Below are positions 13,921 through 28,712 of a stretch of 64,000 bases of DNA, piece by piece (position 1 is the first letter of the stretch; every line of letters starts with the position of its first letter). The stretch is from Eledone cirrhosa (lineage: Eukaryota), in assembly GCA_964016885.1 (NCBI GenBank), contig OZ024750.1, forward strand, positions 8,308,001 to 8,372,000. Direction: 5' to 3'. A program made the position numbers and the translations under genes. Under the pieces are notes generated by a model. That model saw only the letters and a list, made by a program, of their open reading frames with translations. It did not search any database and was not told the DNA's origin.

Positions 13921-14112
13921 GGTGGATTGGCAGTATCGGTAGAGGGTAAGACGCCATGCTTTGCAGCAAAGAGTTACGGCCCTTTATGGTCTGAGTTCAA
14001 ATCCCACCAAGGTTAACTTTGCTTTCATCCTTAGGGGGTCAATAAAATAAAGCACCAGTAATACACTGGGATAATTGCTGGCCTTGTGCCAAAAGTAGAA
14101 ACAATTATTATA
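13921..14112 (+). mobile_element. SINE family A copy
   Basis: Matches the consensus; (ATT)n tail. Confidence 0.85.
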
Positions 14113-15207
14113 TTATTACTGATGTTGGTTGGGCCAGATTTAATAAGGGACAAAGGGGTGCAATTTCCCTGGGAATCCTACAGTAGGGGGGGGGCACAAC
14201 AGTGACGCCCATAGCAATTTATTTGTGCCCACAGCTGGGCTTTTTAGTTTTAGAATGGTTAGATTTTTTAAAACTTAATATCTGTATGTATAACTTTTCA
14301 ATTCCAATTACTTGTGACAAGCTAACTTTGATATGTAAAATTGTGTTCTATTTTTTTTTGTTTGTGTGTGTGTATGAGGGGCTCCCTAAACCTGAAGTGC
14401 CCCGGGCCGAACAAGGTCTAAATTCAACCTTGGTATTTAGATGATGGTTATGATGACGATTGTTATTGATATTATTAGTATTATAACTATTGTTGATGTA
14501 ATGGATTAATAACAATATTAAAGCATTGTACAAAAACCACTTATGGTATTTAGTTTCAGCCCTTTACATCCTCCTACAATTGATCAAATAATTTTCCATT
14601 CAAATTGTCCATACAATGTCTTTCCACATACTGCTGATACAGGGTTAGTATAAAGTCGTTGAAACCACAAAGTACACTGAGTTTTTTGTTTCATAGCTGC
14701 CATTTTGTTATTGAAATTTACAACTACTTCCTGTAGAAGATAAAATGTAAAACATATTCAGAAAAACTTTAAACTTGAAATTTATAAATTAAAACAATGA
14801 AGAAGTAAAATCTCAAATAGTATCTGAGATATGGTATTTTATAATCAGGGGAAGACTTTATACTCACTCTGTATTTTTCCACAGAGTCACATCTCTTAAA
14901 CCCTTCTTCTTTACAATCCATCTTCATCTTTTCTAGGCCTATTAATGCGGAGTTATTTCTAACAGCTTTTAATTAAAGACTTGTCTCTAATTCGCAAAAC
15001 ATCTTGTTTCATTAATCAGCCCACATCCTCCAACTGTGCAGTTCATATGCTGCCAATTTACACATGATTTGGGATGTAAGGCCTTATGCTTGGTTATCAT
15101 CATCATCATCATCATTATATTTAGCATCATTATCATTATTATCATCATTGGATTATCATCGTTGGATTATCATCATCATCATCATTATCATCACTATCAT
15201 TATTATC

Positions 15208-15392
15208 ATTGGCAGTATCGGTAGAGGGTCGGACGCCATGCTTTGCAGCAAAGAGTTACGGCCCTTTATGGTCTGAGTTCATATCCTGCCGAGGTTAACT
15301 TTGCCTTTCATCATTACCGGGTCAATAAAATAAAGTACCAGTAATGAACTGGATAATTGCTGGCCTTGTGCCAAAAGTAGAAACAATTATTA
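15208..15392 (+). mobile_element. SINE family A copy
   Basis: Matches the consensus; embedded in (ATC/ATT)n. Confidence 0.85.
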
Positions 15393-17169
15393 TCATTATT
15401 ATCATTATTATCATCATCATCATCTTGATATTTGTTTACATCAAATGGACCAGCAATTTTCTCATGGACATTGTCACCTATTATCTGTTTTCTGATACAT
15501 TAATTTTCAAAATAATTATCAAATATTGCGAATAAGGTCATAGACATTCTACATAAAGGGAAACAAACCTTGTGCCATTGACCTTAAGGGGCAACTGCAT
15601 ATTTTAAAATCTTTGATTTTCCATTGTTCTGTCAAGCCATTACAAAATTTGGTACCAAAAAAATGAACAGTATGGAGGAGGAGAGTTGTTATCAAATCTC
15701 CTCCTTCTTCTCTCTTTCCTTCAATAACAGAAATCTTCCAGCACTGGCATCCAGTCACCATTTCCACCACCACCACCACCACTACCAAAACAACGACCTG
15801 TATCACCACCTCCACCAATACTGCTACAACAAAAGAACTAGTACTAACACTACATACATCACTAATAACTGATATGAAAGTTTAAATCCCCAAAGCAACA
15901 TAATTTTGTTAAATAACAGTCAGAAAAATACTACAACTAAAAATAACAATGTCGATAATAGAAACGACAACACTAATGGCATAAACAACAACAATAACAT
16001 CAACAATAACAAGAAATACTATAAGAGAGAACACCAACAACAATGACAACATCAACTGCAACAACAACAACACCTTCATCATTACTATAACAGAGAACAC
16101 CAACAACAATGATAACAGAAATAGTAACAACCACACTATTATGATCAAGACAGCAGATAACAATATGTATCACAAAAACATTAACAAGCAGGATTCTTTC
16201 ACATTCATGACAACCAAAACAATGGAGGTCTTCTTCAGAATCTTTCTACTCAACAAACTCTTGTGGCTCACACAGGGAGTCAAATTAATATAAATAGAGG
16301 GCATAAAATCCCAATTGGTCATTGGCAATTTCATCAGAGGTAATGGCAGTAACTACCAGAAAAAAAAACTGTGTTGTACTGTCGTGCATCAATAAAAAGC
16401 AAATGTCCAGAATCGGCACAACATACTGAAGTTAAGATAGTCTTGAAAAAAGTATGGGCAGATATAGAATATGTCACCCAGGCAAAGCAGTTTGGAGGTG
16501 TGGAAGACTCACAATCTAAAACATACTATGGTCTCTTATTACAGGAATGATTACTTTCTTTTACACTCTTATTTGCGGAGACACAAGATAAACAACAAAA
16601 CACATCATATTGTATCGATTTATCTTTATATAACCCCCCGTACAACAGCAAAATATAAGCCCTCATCATCATCGATTAATGTCCATCTTCCCTGCTAGCA
16701 TGGGTTAGATGGGTCCTATTTTAAGGCAAGTTGTGTCGGGTGACCGTGCCTCGCTCAGATAGGGGGTGTTTCTGGCTGGTTTTTTATGACTGGATGCCCT
16801 TCTTAACACGAACCACATTTACAGCCAAAACACACCACACAAAATACAATTAACCATCAACTGTCAATCACACTAACCATCAATAGTCAATCACACTGCC
16901 CTTTAATATTAAAATTAAAGCCACTACAAAAAAAAACCTTTGTACTGAAGACCTAGCAAAATTTTAACACAATCGGCTACTTTGAAATGAAAAAAAAACT
17001 GTGCTACTTTTTATGAAATTCATGTAAATATTCTTGCCTCAAACATAACGAGAATTAATATTTTCAAAATATAAGGTCAACACTGTTTAAGGGAAGTAAC
17101 TCTTGTAGCCTCCCAGACTAAAGTGCTTGAGCCATAGTGAAAATGTTGACAGCTCTATAAATTTTCACT

Positions 17170-17376
17170 TAAACTAAACTCCACCAGAAGTTAACTAAAC
17201 TCATTTATATTCCAACTTGTATTTGTTTTGTTTTGTTTTGTTTTTCCCCTTTACCTGCAATGTATTAATGAGTTAACTAAACTTCACCAGAAGTTAACTA
17301 AACTCATTTATATTCCAACTTGTATTTATTTTGTTTTGTTTTCTTTTTCCCCTTTACCTGCAATGTATTAATGAGT
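17170..17376. repeat. Tandem duplication of ~103 bp
   Basis: aactaaact.caccagaagttaactaaactcatttatattcc...gcaatgtattaatgagt occurs twice. Confidence 0.85.
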
Positions 17377-17729
17377 AGAATTTACAAGTGTTTGACAAGT
17401 TGGGCAAGCACCCAATTTTCTGCATAGTGACAGAACTCATAATAATATATGTTAAGTAAAATTTATCTGATATTTCTTGGAACATTACTTAACTCTTTCA
17501 TTACCATACTTCTTCTATATTGAAAATAATCAAGAATTTGAAAAAATTTAGTTTTTTTTACTAACTTTTACATCATTTTATTTTGAAACATAACTAAGTT
17601 TCTTATAAAAAATATATGATAGAATGATTGTATGTGATGATAGGTGGCATATTGGTAGAATCATTAGAATGTCAGATAAAATGCTTTGCAATATTGTTTC
17701 AGCTCTCTGCTCTCTGGTCTTGCTGTCTG

Positions 17730-18345
17730 GAATATAGCTACACACTAGGGTTTGAGAAAAAAAAGTAGGCAGCATTTAGTTCTTGTGTATAATTACACCC
17801 CTATATAGGATTTATTAATTCCTCATCCTCAAATATAACTACATACTAGGTTTTGAGAAAAAAAGTAGGCAGCATCTAGTTTTTGTGTATAATTACACCC
17901 TACATAGGATTTGTTGATACACATTAGTTAAGAATTCTGGCCTGGTATGGCCGGTTTAAATGCTAAAGGGTTAAGGAAAAATGTAGGCAGCATTAAGTTC
18001 TTGGTGTATAATTACTCCTATATAGGATTTATTAATACTTCATCCTCAAATATAGCAACACTTGTGTTTGAGGAAAAATGTTGACAGCATTAAGTTCTTG
18101 TGTATAATCACATGCCTATATAGGATTTGTTAATACACTGGCCACTAAATATAGATACAGACTAGGATTTGAGGAAAATTTTAGATAGCATTATGTTCTT
18201 GTGTAAAATACCCACCTATATAGGATTTATTAATACGCTAACCACTAAATATAGCTACAGACTAGGGTTTGAGGAAAAATGTAGATAGCATTAAGTTCTT
18301 GTGTATAACACACACCTATACTGGATTTGTTAATACTGCAACCAT
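17730..18345. repeat. Degenerate ~100-bp tandem repeat, about 6 copies
   Basis: Recurrent aaatatagctacacactagggtttgag.aaaa.gtaggcagcatt.agttcttgtgtataa...tataggattt. Confidence 0.8.
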
Positions 18346-18962
18346 CCTTATAACTATAATCCTATCCAATGTCCGTGCTTTAATCTTAGCATTAAAATTC
18401 CTTCAGAGCAAGACTGGATATATATCCATACACCAAACTCTATTAATATTGTATTTCATTATTCCCTGTTTAAATCAATTAGTCAATTTAATGAAATAGC
18501 TATTTTCTTGTGGATTTAGTTATTAAACAGAACACAGGTGATAAAATATCTGAGAGATATTGTTAGATTAATTATAATGATTTAAATCTAATGTATATTA
18601 CATGAAATCATTTATTAGCAATCTCATTAGCAATCAACAAGCTGTGTTATTCAATCATCTACACACAATTATTTTAGAAACTGACAGATAATTGTATTTT
18701 TCATCAAATCACACTCTCATTAAACATGAAAAGACAGCCATCATCATCATCATGTTTCTGTAAGTGGTACAGCCAGAGTTGGGCTGTCACACTAGACATG
18801 TTCATGGTCAACTGTGACCACTGGTTTCTGTTCCCTGTTATGCACATGAAATGCTTAGCAGCCTTGTGTTTGAATGGTGAGATTCTTCATTGAATATTAG
18901 CTGTTGAAATCCAATTCCCACATCCAAACAGTGATTATGTTCCCATATCATCACGTTCATGA

Positions 18963-19008
<46 letters not shown>

Positions 19009-19266
19009 TCATCATCATCGTTTAACTTCCATCTTCCACACTAGCATGGGTTAGCATATATATATGTGTAAAAGGTAAACAGAAATAACAACACAATCAG
19101 TACAGTATATGGAAGGAATATATTAGGTTAACGCTTGAAATAACAGGAAAAGGGTCTTAACGTTTTGGACGCAATTCCTTCATTAGAAAAAAGGAGAAAT
19201 TAGAAAAATTGAAGGGACAGGCAGGGCGGAATTTGAAAAATGATTTTTAGAGAAAAATAAAAGATC

Positions 19267-19320
<54 letters not shown>

Positions 19321-19486
19321 TATATATATAAATAAATATATAAATAAATATAATATATATAATATATATATAAATAAATATATATATATAAATAAATATA
19401 TATATATATATAAATATATATATATATAAATATATATATATAAATATATATATAAATATATATATATAAATATATATATATAAATA

Positions 19487-19532
<46 letters not shown>

Positions 19533-19568
19533 TATATATATAAATATATATATAAATATATATATATA

Positions 19569-19600
<32 letters not shown>

Positions 19601-19671
19601 AATATATATATATACATGAGATTCTACAGGACTAGAACTGTTTCATTCATTAGAAATCATCAGGAATCTGT

Positions 19672-19720
19672 GATTCCTGATGATTTCTAATGAATGAAAC
19701 AGTTCTAGTCCTGTAGAATC
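19672..19720 (+). ncRNA. Type I hammerhead ribozyme motif (mirror copy on - strand at 19620-19668)
   Basis: GATTC-CTGATGA-TTTCTAATGAAT-GAAA-CAG-TTCTAGTC-CTG-TA/GAATC; stems I and III pair, stem II is short with a U-U closing position. Confidence 0.75.
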
Positions 19721-19806
19721 TCATCTATATTAAAACTGTTATACTCTGCTATGTATTGAGTACCTTACTTACTGTGGTTACCTCCGATTCAACCCGGAAT
19801 AACGTA

Positions 19807-19925
<119 letters not shown>

Positions 19926-20040
19926 ATATGTTATATCAATTTATTCCACTTCCCATATATCTATTCAATTCTACCAGGAAGTTAAAGTAAATTTTTTTTT
20001 ACAATAATTGAAAATTATTTTTATTTTTCCCTTTGTTTAG

Positions 20041-20187
20041 ACATTTGGTGGCAGGCGATGGTCTAGTGGTGCCCAGAATCTTAACAATTCTGTTGAAACT
20101 CAAGTAACCTCAAAGAAGGGAACTCAAGGATTTGGTGGACCAATAATCTTCAAAAAAAAACACAGTTCAGGAATTGCTTCCTCCAAA
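20041..20187 (+). CDS. PLCE1: PLC epsilon exon (post-PH region)
   Basis: ctttgtttag acceptor, AAA|gtgagg donor, 147 nt in frame; TFGGRRWSSG... continues the conserved AI-x-x-FGGRRW motif of PLC-epsilon. Confidence 0.88.
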
Positions 20188-21406
20188 GTGAGGTTCTGAA
20201 CATTAAAAACTTTTTCACACTCTCTCTTTCTATCCTACTCTCTCTCTCTTATCTCTTTCCTATTCTTCTTTCTCTCTCTCTATCTCTCTCTCCCCTACTC
20301 TCTCTCTTTCTCTCTCTGTGCTGTGTCTATAGCCAATAGCTAGTATGTAATCTTTTATTCTTTGACATTACTATAGGAGCAAACCATGTGTAAACCTCTA
20401 ATTCCATGTCAATACACCTGACATTGGCATGAAACTATGTCTGTCAGTTACACCTGTAATAAACTCAATGTACAAAAGAAAATGTAAAATACTCTGCATT
20501 TTTGTATGTATGTATGTATATATGGTCACATGGTCGGGTCGTTGGCGACTAAACTGGCAACCCCACCAAGGTTTCTTGGTGAGGAGGGTGACTTTGGACA
20601 TCCTGCAGGACTAAAAACAAAACCTGTCAAAGGGCAAAGGAGCTCTTAAGAGTCAATGGCCATCCAAAATCACAGGGAGAGATGACCCCTTAGCCTTTAT
20701 CAAGGCAGAATTCTAAGAGAAGGAAAACTCTGATATAACACCTGCAACACTGATGGTATCCAATGATGTTGACTTGTTCTTCTTTTTGGTAAATATCATC
20801 TTGGTTAAGAGAGTGGGACTGGCTTTGTGCAGTGCCTTTGCTCACTATAAAAGCTTCACAGCACAGGCTTTGCTTTATATCTGGAGATCTCTCTGCACTT
20901 GTCATCACATGGTACCATGGGCCCAGCACTATGTGTCAACAATTGTCACAGGTGTAGTGTTTGTACCGGAGTTTTCAAGTTGCTGGCTGGACTAAAAAGT
21001 CACACTCGTTCAGGGCATCGGTAGGGGTTCTCCTACATGGATATAAAGTAGTGGCCGTACTCGAAAACGAGTTGGCAGCCACCATGTATGTATATATATC
21101 TGGTACTTTCTCAAACCTGCAAAGTTTGCCTCAAAATGTGCCCAATTTTTGCTTTTAGTCTTTCTTAGATCAGCCTTGAGCAAGCAAACATGTGATCATT
21201 CCAGGTGAAACCATGCTCTCTTTCTTTCATAAAGAGTGAATCCATGAGTAAATTATCAAATACATCCTTCCTATTTTGAAGGTTATGATTCAAGAGGGAA
21301 GTGACTATTATTTCTAACAGGTGAGATGACAGTGGCTAGCAACACTTGTTGTTTTGTCTTTACAGAAATGTTGCAGCTGTTGTGTATTGATGCAGTTGTT
21401 GCTTGC

Positions 21407-22150
21407 AGTGGTATATACCACTCTTGGTACATACTTACAGCTAGGTAGACTGGGCCATTGCAGGCAATGGTCTCGATACACTTATGTAGCTCACAGTGGT
21501 ATATACCACCCTTGGTACATACTTACAGCTAGGTAGACTGGGCCATTGCAGGCAATGGTCTCGATACACTTATGTAGCTCACAGTGGTATATACCACCCT
21601 TGGTACATACTTACAGCTAGGTAGACTGGGCCATTGCAGGCAATGGTCTCGATACACTTATGTAGCTCACAGTGGTATATACCACCCTTGGTACATACTT
21701 ACAGCTAGGTAGACTGGGCCATTGCAGGCAATGGTCTCGATACACTTATGTAGCTCACAGTGGTATATACCACCCTTGGTACATACTTACAGCTAGGTAG
21801 ACTGGGCCATTGCAGGCAATGGTCTCGATACACTTATGTAGCCCACAGTGGTATATACCACTCTTGGTACATACTTACAGCTAGGTAGACTGGGCCATTG
21901 CAGGCAATGGTCTCGATACACTTATGTAGCTCACAGTGGTATACACCACCCTTGGTACATACTTACAGCTAGGTAGACTGGGCCATTGCAGGCAATGGTC
22001 TCGATACACTTATGTAGCTCACAGTGGTATATACCACCCTTGGTACATACTTACAGCTAGGTAGACTGGGCCATTGCAGGCAATGGTCTCGATACACTTA
22101 TGTAGCTCACAGTGGTATATACAACCCTTGGTACATACTTACAGCTAGGT
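21407..22150. repeat. 88-bp minisatellite, ~8.5 near-identical copies
   Basis: Unit agtggtatataccacccttggtacatacttacagctaggtagactgggccattgcaggcaatggtctcgatacacttatgtagctcac. Confidence 0.95.
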
Positions 22151-22720
22151 CTCACTACACTGCTGGTTATGAAATGTAAACTGTTGAGCTCTGGAATAAA
22201 TATTTCATGTATTATCAATTCCCTCATCTACAGTTTCTAAATTAAATTTCATGTCTTTATCTATTAATTCATTTCTAACGTTATTTTCTTAATGGAACTA
22301 ACACCCTATCAATTTTAATTCTGAATTAAATTCGAAACTGATGAATAATATAGAAGCTAAATAAAAATATGTAGCTGTGTTGTTGTGTTGTTGTACTGGG
22401 AAAAAACAAACTAAAACATATTAAAATTACTTAATTATTAAATTATTCCATTAATTGCTAAAGTAAATTTAATTTAAAAATGCATTATATATTCATATAT
22501 ATGTCTATACATACATATATATATATATATATATATGTACATACATACATATATATGTGTGTGTATATATGTACGTACGTATATATATATATATATATAT
22601 AGTTTTTTTATGATGTCTTTTTTTTCCATTATTTAAAAAAAATACTTTTATTGTTTATACAATGAAGTTTGTATTTAAACATACAAATTTATGTACATAA
22701 ATGTCTAAATCTCCTTTACC

Positions 22721-22753
<33 letters not shown>

Positions 22754-24775
22754 GTATTCATTCATTATTATTAAGGCTAAAATGCGAGTCTCGTTTTAGA
22801 TTGCTTTTAGTCATTGAACATATGTTTACTGCATAAGTCATTGCTGATACAATACACTGGTCAGACACTTAACACTTCAGACATTCTGGCATCTATCTTC
22901 TCATGATGTCATTTAATTTACCAACAGCACACTATCCAGTCTGGATTCATCTCTTTACTTCCTCTATATGTTTGTATTCCACATTTACCAACTGTCCGAG
23001 ATATAAACATTTGTCAGATGTTATCAGGGTTGACTTTGATTACTCCTCTTACTGCAATGCTGTTGAACAAGACTTCAGTTTTCTTCATATTTATTTATAG
23101 TCCTACCTTGTTGATTTCTCTGTTCAGTCCATTTAACAATTGTTCCACTTCATGAACATCAGTTAAGAAGAGGACTACGTTGCCAGCTAAAAATACACCA
23201 TTTATGTTTATTTTTTAATCATCCTATTTAAGCTTTTGAAAGATGCCTTCCAGTGCTGTGTTTGCAGCATTTGGATGACAGTAGGAACAATAGATAACAA
23301 AATTGTCATTCACCAAGTTACATTGTCACTCGAAGTTTGTTTTCAATAATCCACAAATATGAAAACACAAGAGAGTTCCAATCAGTTGGTGATCAATACA
23401 ATCCAACAACTTCAAGTTGCTGTCAATTTATATGAGCATGCACATTAAGCTGTGAACAGGTTCCATCTTTGGGTTTTCATATTTTGTTTGGCATTGTCAC
23501 CTTTTTATTCAGGTTCTTTACATATTTCCTTTGAATATTTATTTTGTTTAGCAAAAGTTTTATAACCATCTTAATACTCAAAATTCAATATTGTCCACCA
23601 AAATTTCCAGTTGCCCACCATTTTCAGTCCAATTGCTCATCGCCCAACCAAGAGTTGAAATTGCCCACCAGTGGGTGATATCACCCAGGTTTGGCAGTAA
23701 CCCTGCATTAGAGGGATAGCTTGTGCCAGTCTGAAAGGCGGCTGGTGTGGCTGTAGTTTTAAAGATCTCTAGTGTCACATTTCTTGTATAAAAGTATATT
23801 GATAGCATTGTTCCAGTTACTGGAAAGGTTTATCAGCTACGTGCCTTCAAAACCGCCTCCCCTCCTGTCTCCTATGTTGGGGAGCTTGATGAGCATTTTA
23901 TGTTAACGTGGAACCTTTATGATTATTTTTTAATACATTCCTAATTTTACCACTTAATATATTTGCTACTTTATCTGCATAAACTATACTAATTGCTGTG
24001 GCTATTAAATGTTTCTTCATAAACTTCTTCTATACTATAAATTATCTTTTCTCTCTAATTCATGAATGGTCCATTACAAGACTTCAGAGCAATGATGTCT
24101 AACTTCCTTAAAACAAGATTTTTTTTAGTTCTTTTGAAACTTTTATTTGTTTGTATTATTTGCTAAATTTTGAGCATATGAATTTTTTGTCTTTTCTCTT
24201 TTATCCATTTCCTAATAGTTTTACAACTTTTTCATATTCCATATGATCATCACCACCATCATTATCATCGTTTAACGTCTATTTTTCCATGCTAACATGG
24301 GTTTCTGAATAATTTTTTTCTCATCCTCTTCTTCTCTTTATCCATTTCCTAATAATTTTACAACTTTCTACATATTCCACCTTCTGAATAATTTTTTTCT
24401 CTTTTATACTCTCCTTCTTTTTATCAGCTTAACCATTTCTTAATACAAATTTTCCTTTTAAGTGTATTACTTTCTTCCTGCTCCTGCAACTACAATTTGA
24501 TAATGTCAATCATCTTTTCATGTTATGAATCTAGATTTTGGTTTTCCAGTTTATCATTTAACACATTCAAATTTATTTTATATTTTTGTTTGATATTCCT
24601 TTGAACATCTTGTATATATACTTGTGCTTTCTTTCTCAAACAAATTTAACTCTTTCTAGTCTCATATTAATCTTAACTTTGCCCTTCCTGGTGCCAACAC
24701 TTTTAGTTGTCTCTTAACTTATGCAGGGATACAGTGTACTTATTTTAAACTGAGTATGCACAATATATATATATT

Positions 24776-24855
<80 letters not shown>

Positions 24856-25416
24856 TTTAACATAGAAAGGGCTTTTACAGGACTAGAACTGTTTCATACA
24901 AATGAAACAGTTCTAGTCCTGTAAAAGCCATTTCTATGTTAAATGATAATGCTTACACACTTCTAATGTATTGAGTACTTTTTTAACTGTGGTTACACCC
25001 AGATATTACTCAGGATCTCTGTCTATATATATACGTATGTAAACAGAAATAATGAAAATAACAAAACAAACGGCACAGTACATGGTAGAAATATATTAAT
25101 TTGACGCTTGAAATAGCAGGAAGAGAGTCTTACCATTTCAAACACTAGTCCATCAGAAGAAGATAGAGTTAGAAATAAAAGATAAACAGAAAGTAAAGAG
25201 TGATGAGAGGAAGGAATGGGAAAGAAAATTGGGGAGAAAAAAAACACACGTGTGTATTCAGTCAGCTATCTTATTTATATAATTAATACTAAGTTAATTA
25301 TGGTATTAAAACTGACATAAATCAATTGCAAGATTTGAAAAAATTTGAAAAAATTTGAAAAAATTCTGATTTTGTTTGTTTGTTTCTTTTTCTCGGTTTC
25401 CATTCTGTTCTAGCAG

Positions 25417-25897
25417 GATATCAGTCCAAAAGGTTCAAGTAGCTCAAGTACATTTAGTAGTTGTGAGTCAACATCAAAAGCTACATACAGTCATCAACAG
25501 ACTCCCAGTCCAACCCGTAAAACTAAAACAGAACCAAGTAAGAACTATATGAATGATCCAGTGATAAACCAAATTCAAACTACCAACTATTTACCAGGCT
25601 TTAGATCAAGGAATATAACATACAGCTTCACAGAGCATTACCATTCCAGGCGACGGAAACGATCGCTCAGTGCTGGCAGATGTCTTCCCTCTTCCGAAAG
25701 TAGATCAACTGCTATCACACATTCAACACAACTGTCTTTCTTGGATTTTGTGGATCTATTCAAAGCATTTGAGTTACGCTGTCGAAAGGATTTGAAAGAT
25801 TTGTTTGAACAGTTTGCCATTACTAAAACACTTGCAGAGATTGAAGAAACAGTTTCCTATGATTTTCATTTATATAAACCATCAAGTAAAGACATGG
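25417..25897 (+). CDS. PLCE1: PLC epsilon exon (Ser-rich region and EF-hand-like segment); alternative start 25414
   Basis: TAGCAG tandem acceptor, G|gtaaga donor (phase 1); DISPKGSS...QLSFLDFVDLFKAFELRCRKDLKDLFEQFA. Confidence 0.9.
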
Positions 25898-26927
25898 GTA
25901 AGATTTTATTTACCTTATTTTTTCTTTTGTATTTTCTAACTCAAACCTAAAGAGTTGAGCACTATAGAGAATCTGCTGCTAGTGTAGTTATTGTTGAACC
26001 TCAGCTCAAATCTGATCAAACAGAACTAAAAATGAAAGACATCCCAGCAATGACCATACAGTTATTTGAATGGTTTTTAATGTTTTTCTCTTTTTAAGAT
26101 GGTGTGAATGTGATTTGGCTACTATTTCTTAAAGGTCAAGCTGCATAAAGCCTTTCAAAAGGAGGGTTGGAATCAAGAAGGGTACCCAGCATAGAAACTG
26201 CATCAGCTCTGATTAAGTATTGACTTGGTCTAGGTTGATCTGTCCAAATCTTGCTAGTAGGGAAAATGGATGAAAAATGACAATGATGATGATATTGGTG
26301 ATGAAAGCCAGGCAGACTCTGCAATATGTTAAACCACCTATTTGCTTTAAGGAGTAGTAGAGTGGGTAATATGAAAAGATCAGTACCCCGATGGCTGAGC
26401 CCCGGCCGTTTTGACAGCTAGATCCCGGCTGGAGCTCAGCCGTCAGGGTCCTGAATTTGTTTATATATATATATACACACATACTAAATACTGCAGAAAA
26501 TTGTGAGAAGCCTACTAGTCAGAGATTGTTTTTCACAAGGGACTAAATCGGGAAAAAAAAGCTAACCACGTACTGTTCATCATTTTGAAGTGTTAGAAAT
26601 GTAGCAACAAATACTTAACATTAGTGAGCAGTCTCACACCACATTGCCAATTTATAGCTGAGCAAGGGAATGATAAGTATTTTTACCAAGAACATATGCA
26701 ATGTTTGTTGTTTTTTTGTCTGAAGGTTTGCATTCTAATGAATTGGCCATCTGTGACTATCATCCATCATCTCATTTAATGTGGTATGCTATAATACGAT
26801 TTACATAAAGAAGCTTTGTCAGTGTCAAGGGAAATAAAACTAAAGAGTTTGACATATTTATCAGAGCTGACAGGAAATGGCTATATTGTAGGTCCTGTAT
26901 ATACTGTTAAGCTGATTATATGTAAAA

Positions 26928-26974
<47 letters not shown>

Positions 26975-27012
26975 TAAATAGGAGACCCATTCTAACCCAT
27001 GCTAAATAGATG

Positions 27013-27046
<34 letters not shown>

Positions 27047-27139
27047 CATCATCATTGTTTAACATCTATTTTCCATGCTAGTATGGCTTAGAATAGTTGT
27101 CCTATTTAGAAGCAAGTTGGGTCAGGTGACCATGTCTTG

Positions 27140-27176
<37 letters not shown>

Positions 27177-27198
27177 ATAATAATATTTAATATAGAAT

Positions 27199-27249
27199 GG
27201 CTTCTACAGGACTAGAACTGTTTCATTTGGGAGAAATCATCAGGAAGCC
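27199..27249 (-). ncRNA. Type I hammerhead ribozyme motif, same family as 19672
   Basis: Minus strand reads GGCTTC-CTGATGA-TTTCTCCCAAAT-GAAA-CAG-TTCTAGTC-CTG-TA/GAAGCC; 6-bp stem I. Confidence 0.72.
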
Positions 27250-27689
27250 CTGTATTGAGTACCTTACTTACTGTGGTTACCCCCGATTGAACCCAGGATA
27301 AACTTATCTATATATATATATATATATATATATATGCATGTATATGTGTGTGTGTTTGTGTGTGTATGCATGCATTTAGCCTGAAATATGTGCAGCCCAG
27401 CACAAATGACAAAAACAATAGGTAATCATTATAAATAATACTTGAGAAATTTGGGCAAATGTCCCCTCCCCACCTCGTAATGGACTAAAAGTGGACAAAA
27501 GGGTGTCTCTCTGTTCACTATTATCTATCATCATTTTCCATTTGCTTTTTCATGCCTGCATGTTTTGGATGGGTCCTTTCTAGCACAGCTTCACTTCACT
27601 CACTGCGTTCCAGCTCCATCTCCTCTCTTACACACTACATGTTATTCCTCTTATACCTAGTTTTTTTTCTCTAAGATCCTTTATGCTCC

Positions 27690-27915
27690 ATCATAAATGT
27701 GCACTGATAATACATATCCAGTAGAGTATGCTTGCTTCATATTGTTCCTGTTCTCACACATCCCTACATTTGATACCCATACTCTGCTATCATGCAGTAT
27801 CACACTTCCTACAAAGTATCAAATTATATGTGCCCTTTAATCAGAGAGTCAGTCGCCCCTTAAAACTGTTTCATTCTGTTCTTACTCTGGTTGCTATGCT
27901 TACTGAACACCTTAT
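27690..27915 (-). mobile_element. Decayed RTE LINE C-terminal fragment
   Basis: Minus strand gives GCSVSIATRVRT, similar to GCSESTVARVRT in the intact copy. Confidence 0.5.
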
Positions 27916-28659
27916 ATGAGGAATTGTTGTGGTTGTGTAGCTTATCCCAGCTTCAATGTAGCCTACATATAATCAAATGTGTTTAAGCTATGAATATCTT
28001 ATCAAACATTTCCCAATGTATCCTTCTTTATTTGAGATACTAGGTTGTTATATGAAGGAAGTTAGGCTACTATCACTAGCAAGTCAAATAGCCATTTAGA
28101 TGGTTATTTTACTATTCTGTGGGCTAATGGTCAAATTGTGTGACATGAAGTTTCCACCAAAAACCATTATTGTTATAAGTAAAGTACATTGAATTCAGTC
28201 AGTAATTAAACTGTCACAGAAACTCGGCTTAATAAAAGCTGGAATCTTATTTGTAGCCAGCCATATCTTTGTAAAGTTCCTCATCATCTTTAATCTATCA
28301 AATAATGGTGTCATAGACAGAAATGCCAAGTTTTATATAGAAGGAAGGATATTGTCATTTGTAAAGTCATTTGTGTAGTCACCTGTATAATCACAATATA
28401 TTGATAATAATTATTTTATCTATAGACAAACAGATGGAAGACAATGCTTGTCCCAGCAGGATTTAAACTGAATCCATAAAGAGACAAAACTAAATAGTAG
28501 TTTAGTGCTCCACTAGTATTGATAATCTATCAAATTGTGCTATTTACTTGACATAAAGTTATAGTGTTCATACCTTTCCCTTAAATTATAACAAGGGATG
28601 TACATATAAATTTTTTTTGCTGTTCTTATATATATAAACACACACACATATATATGTAT

Positions 28660-28693
<34 letters not shown>

Positions 28694-28712
28694 TTCATTT
28701 CATTTCATTTCA

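Noticed and set aside
14128-14435. Possible MITE (gggccagattta ... taaattcaacct)
   Set aside because: Terminal repeats are too degenerate and no target duplication could be confirmed.
19183-19617. IYIY-, MMM- and III-rich ORFs throughout the track
   Set aside because: Translations of (TA)n, (ATC)n and (CA)n microsatellites.
20520-20760. Possible RTE 5' UTR with an HDV-like ribozyme (hairpin ccccaccaag-gttt-cttggtgagg)
   Set aside because: It looks like a repeat fragment, but I could not build the nested double pseudoknot by eye; a descriptor search would be needed.
21407-22150. CRISPR-like appearance of the 88-bp array (and the 35-bp array at 46-430)
   Set aside because: Units are identical end to end with no unique spacers, there are no cas genes, and the context is eukaryotic.
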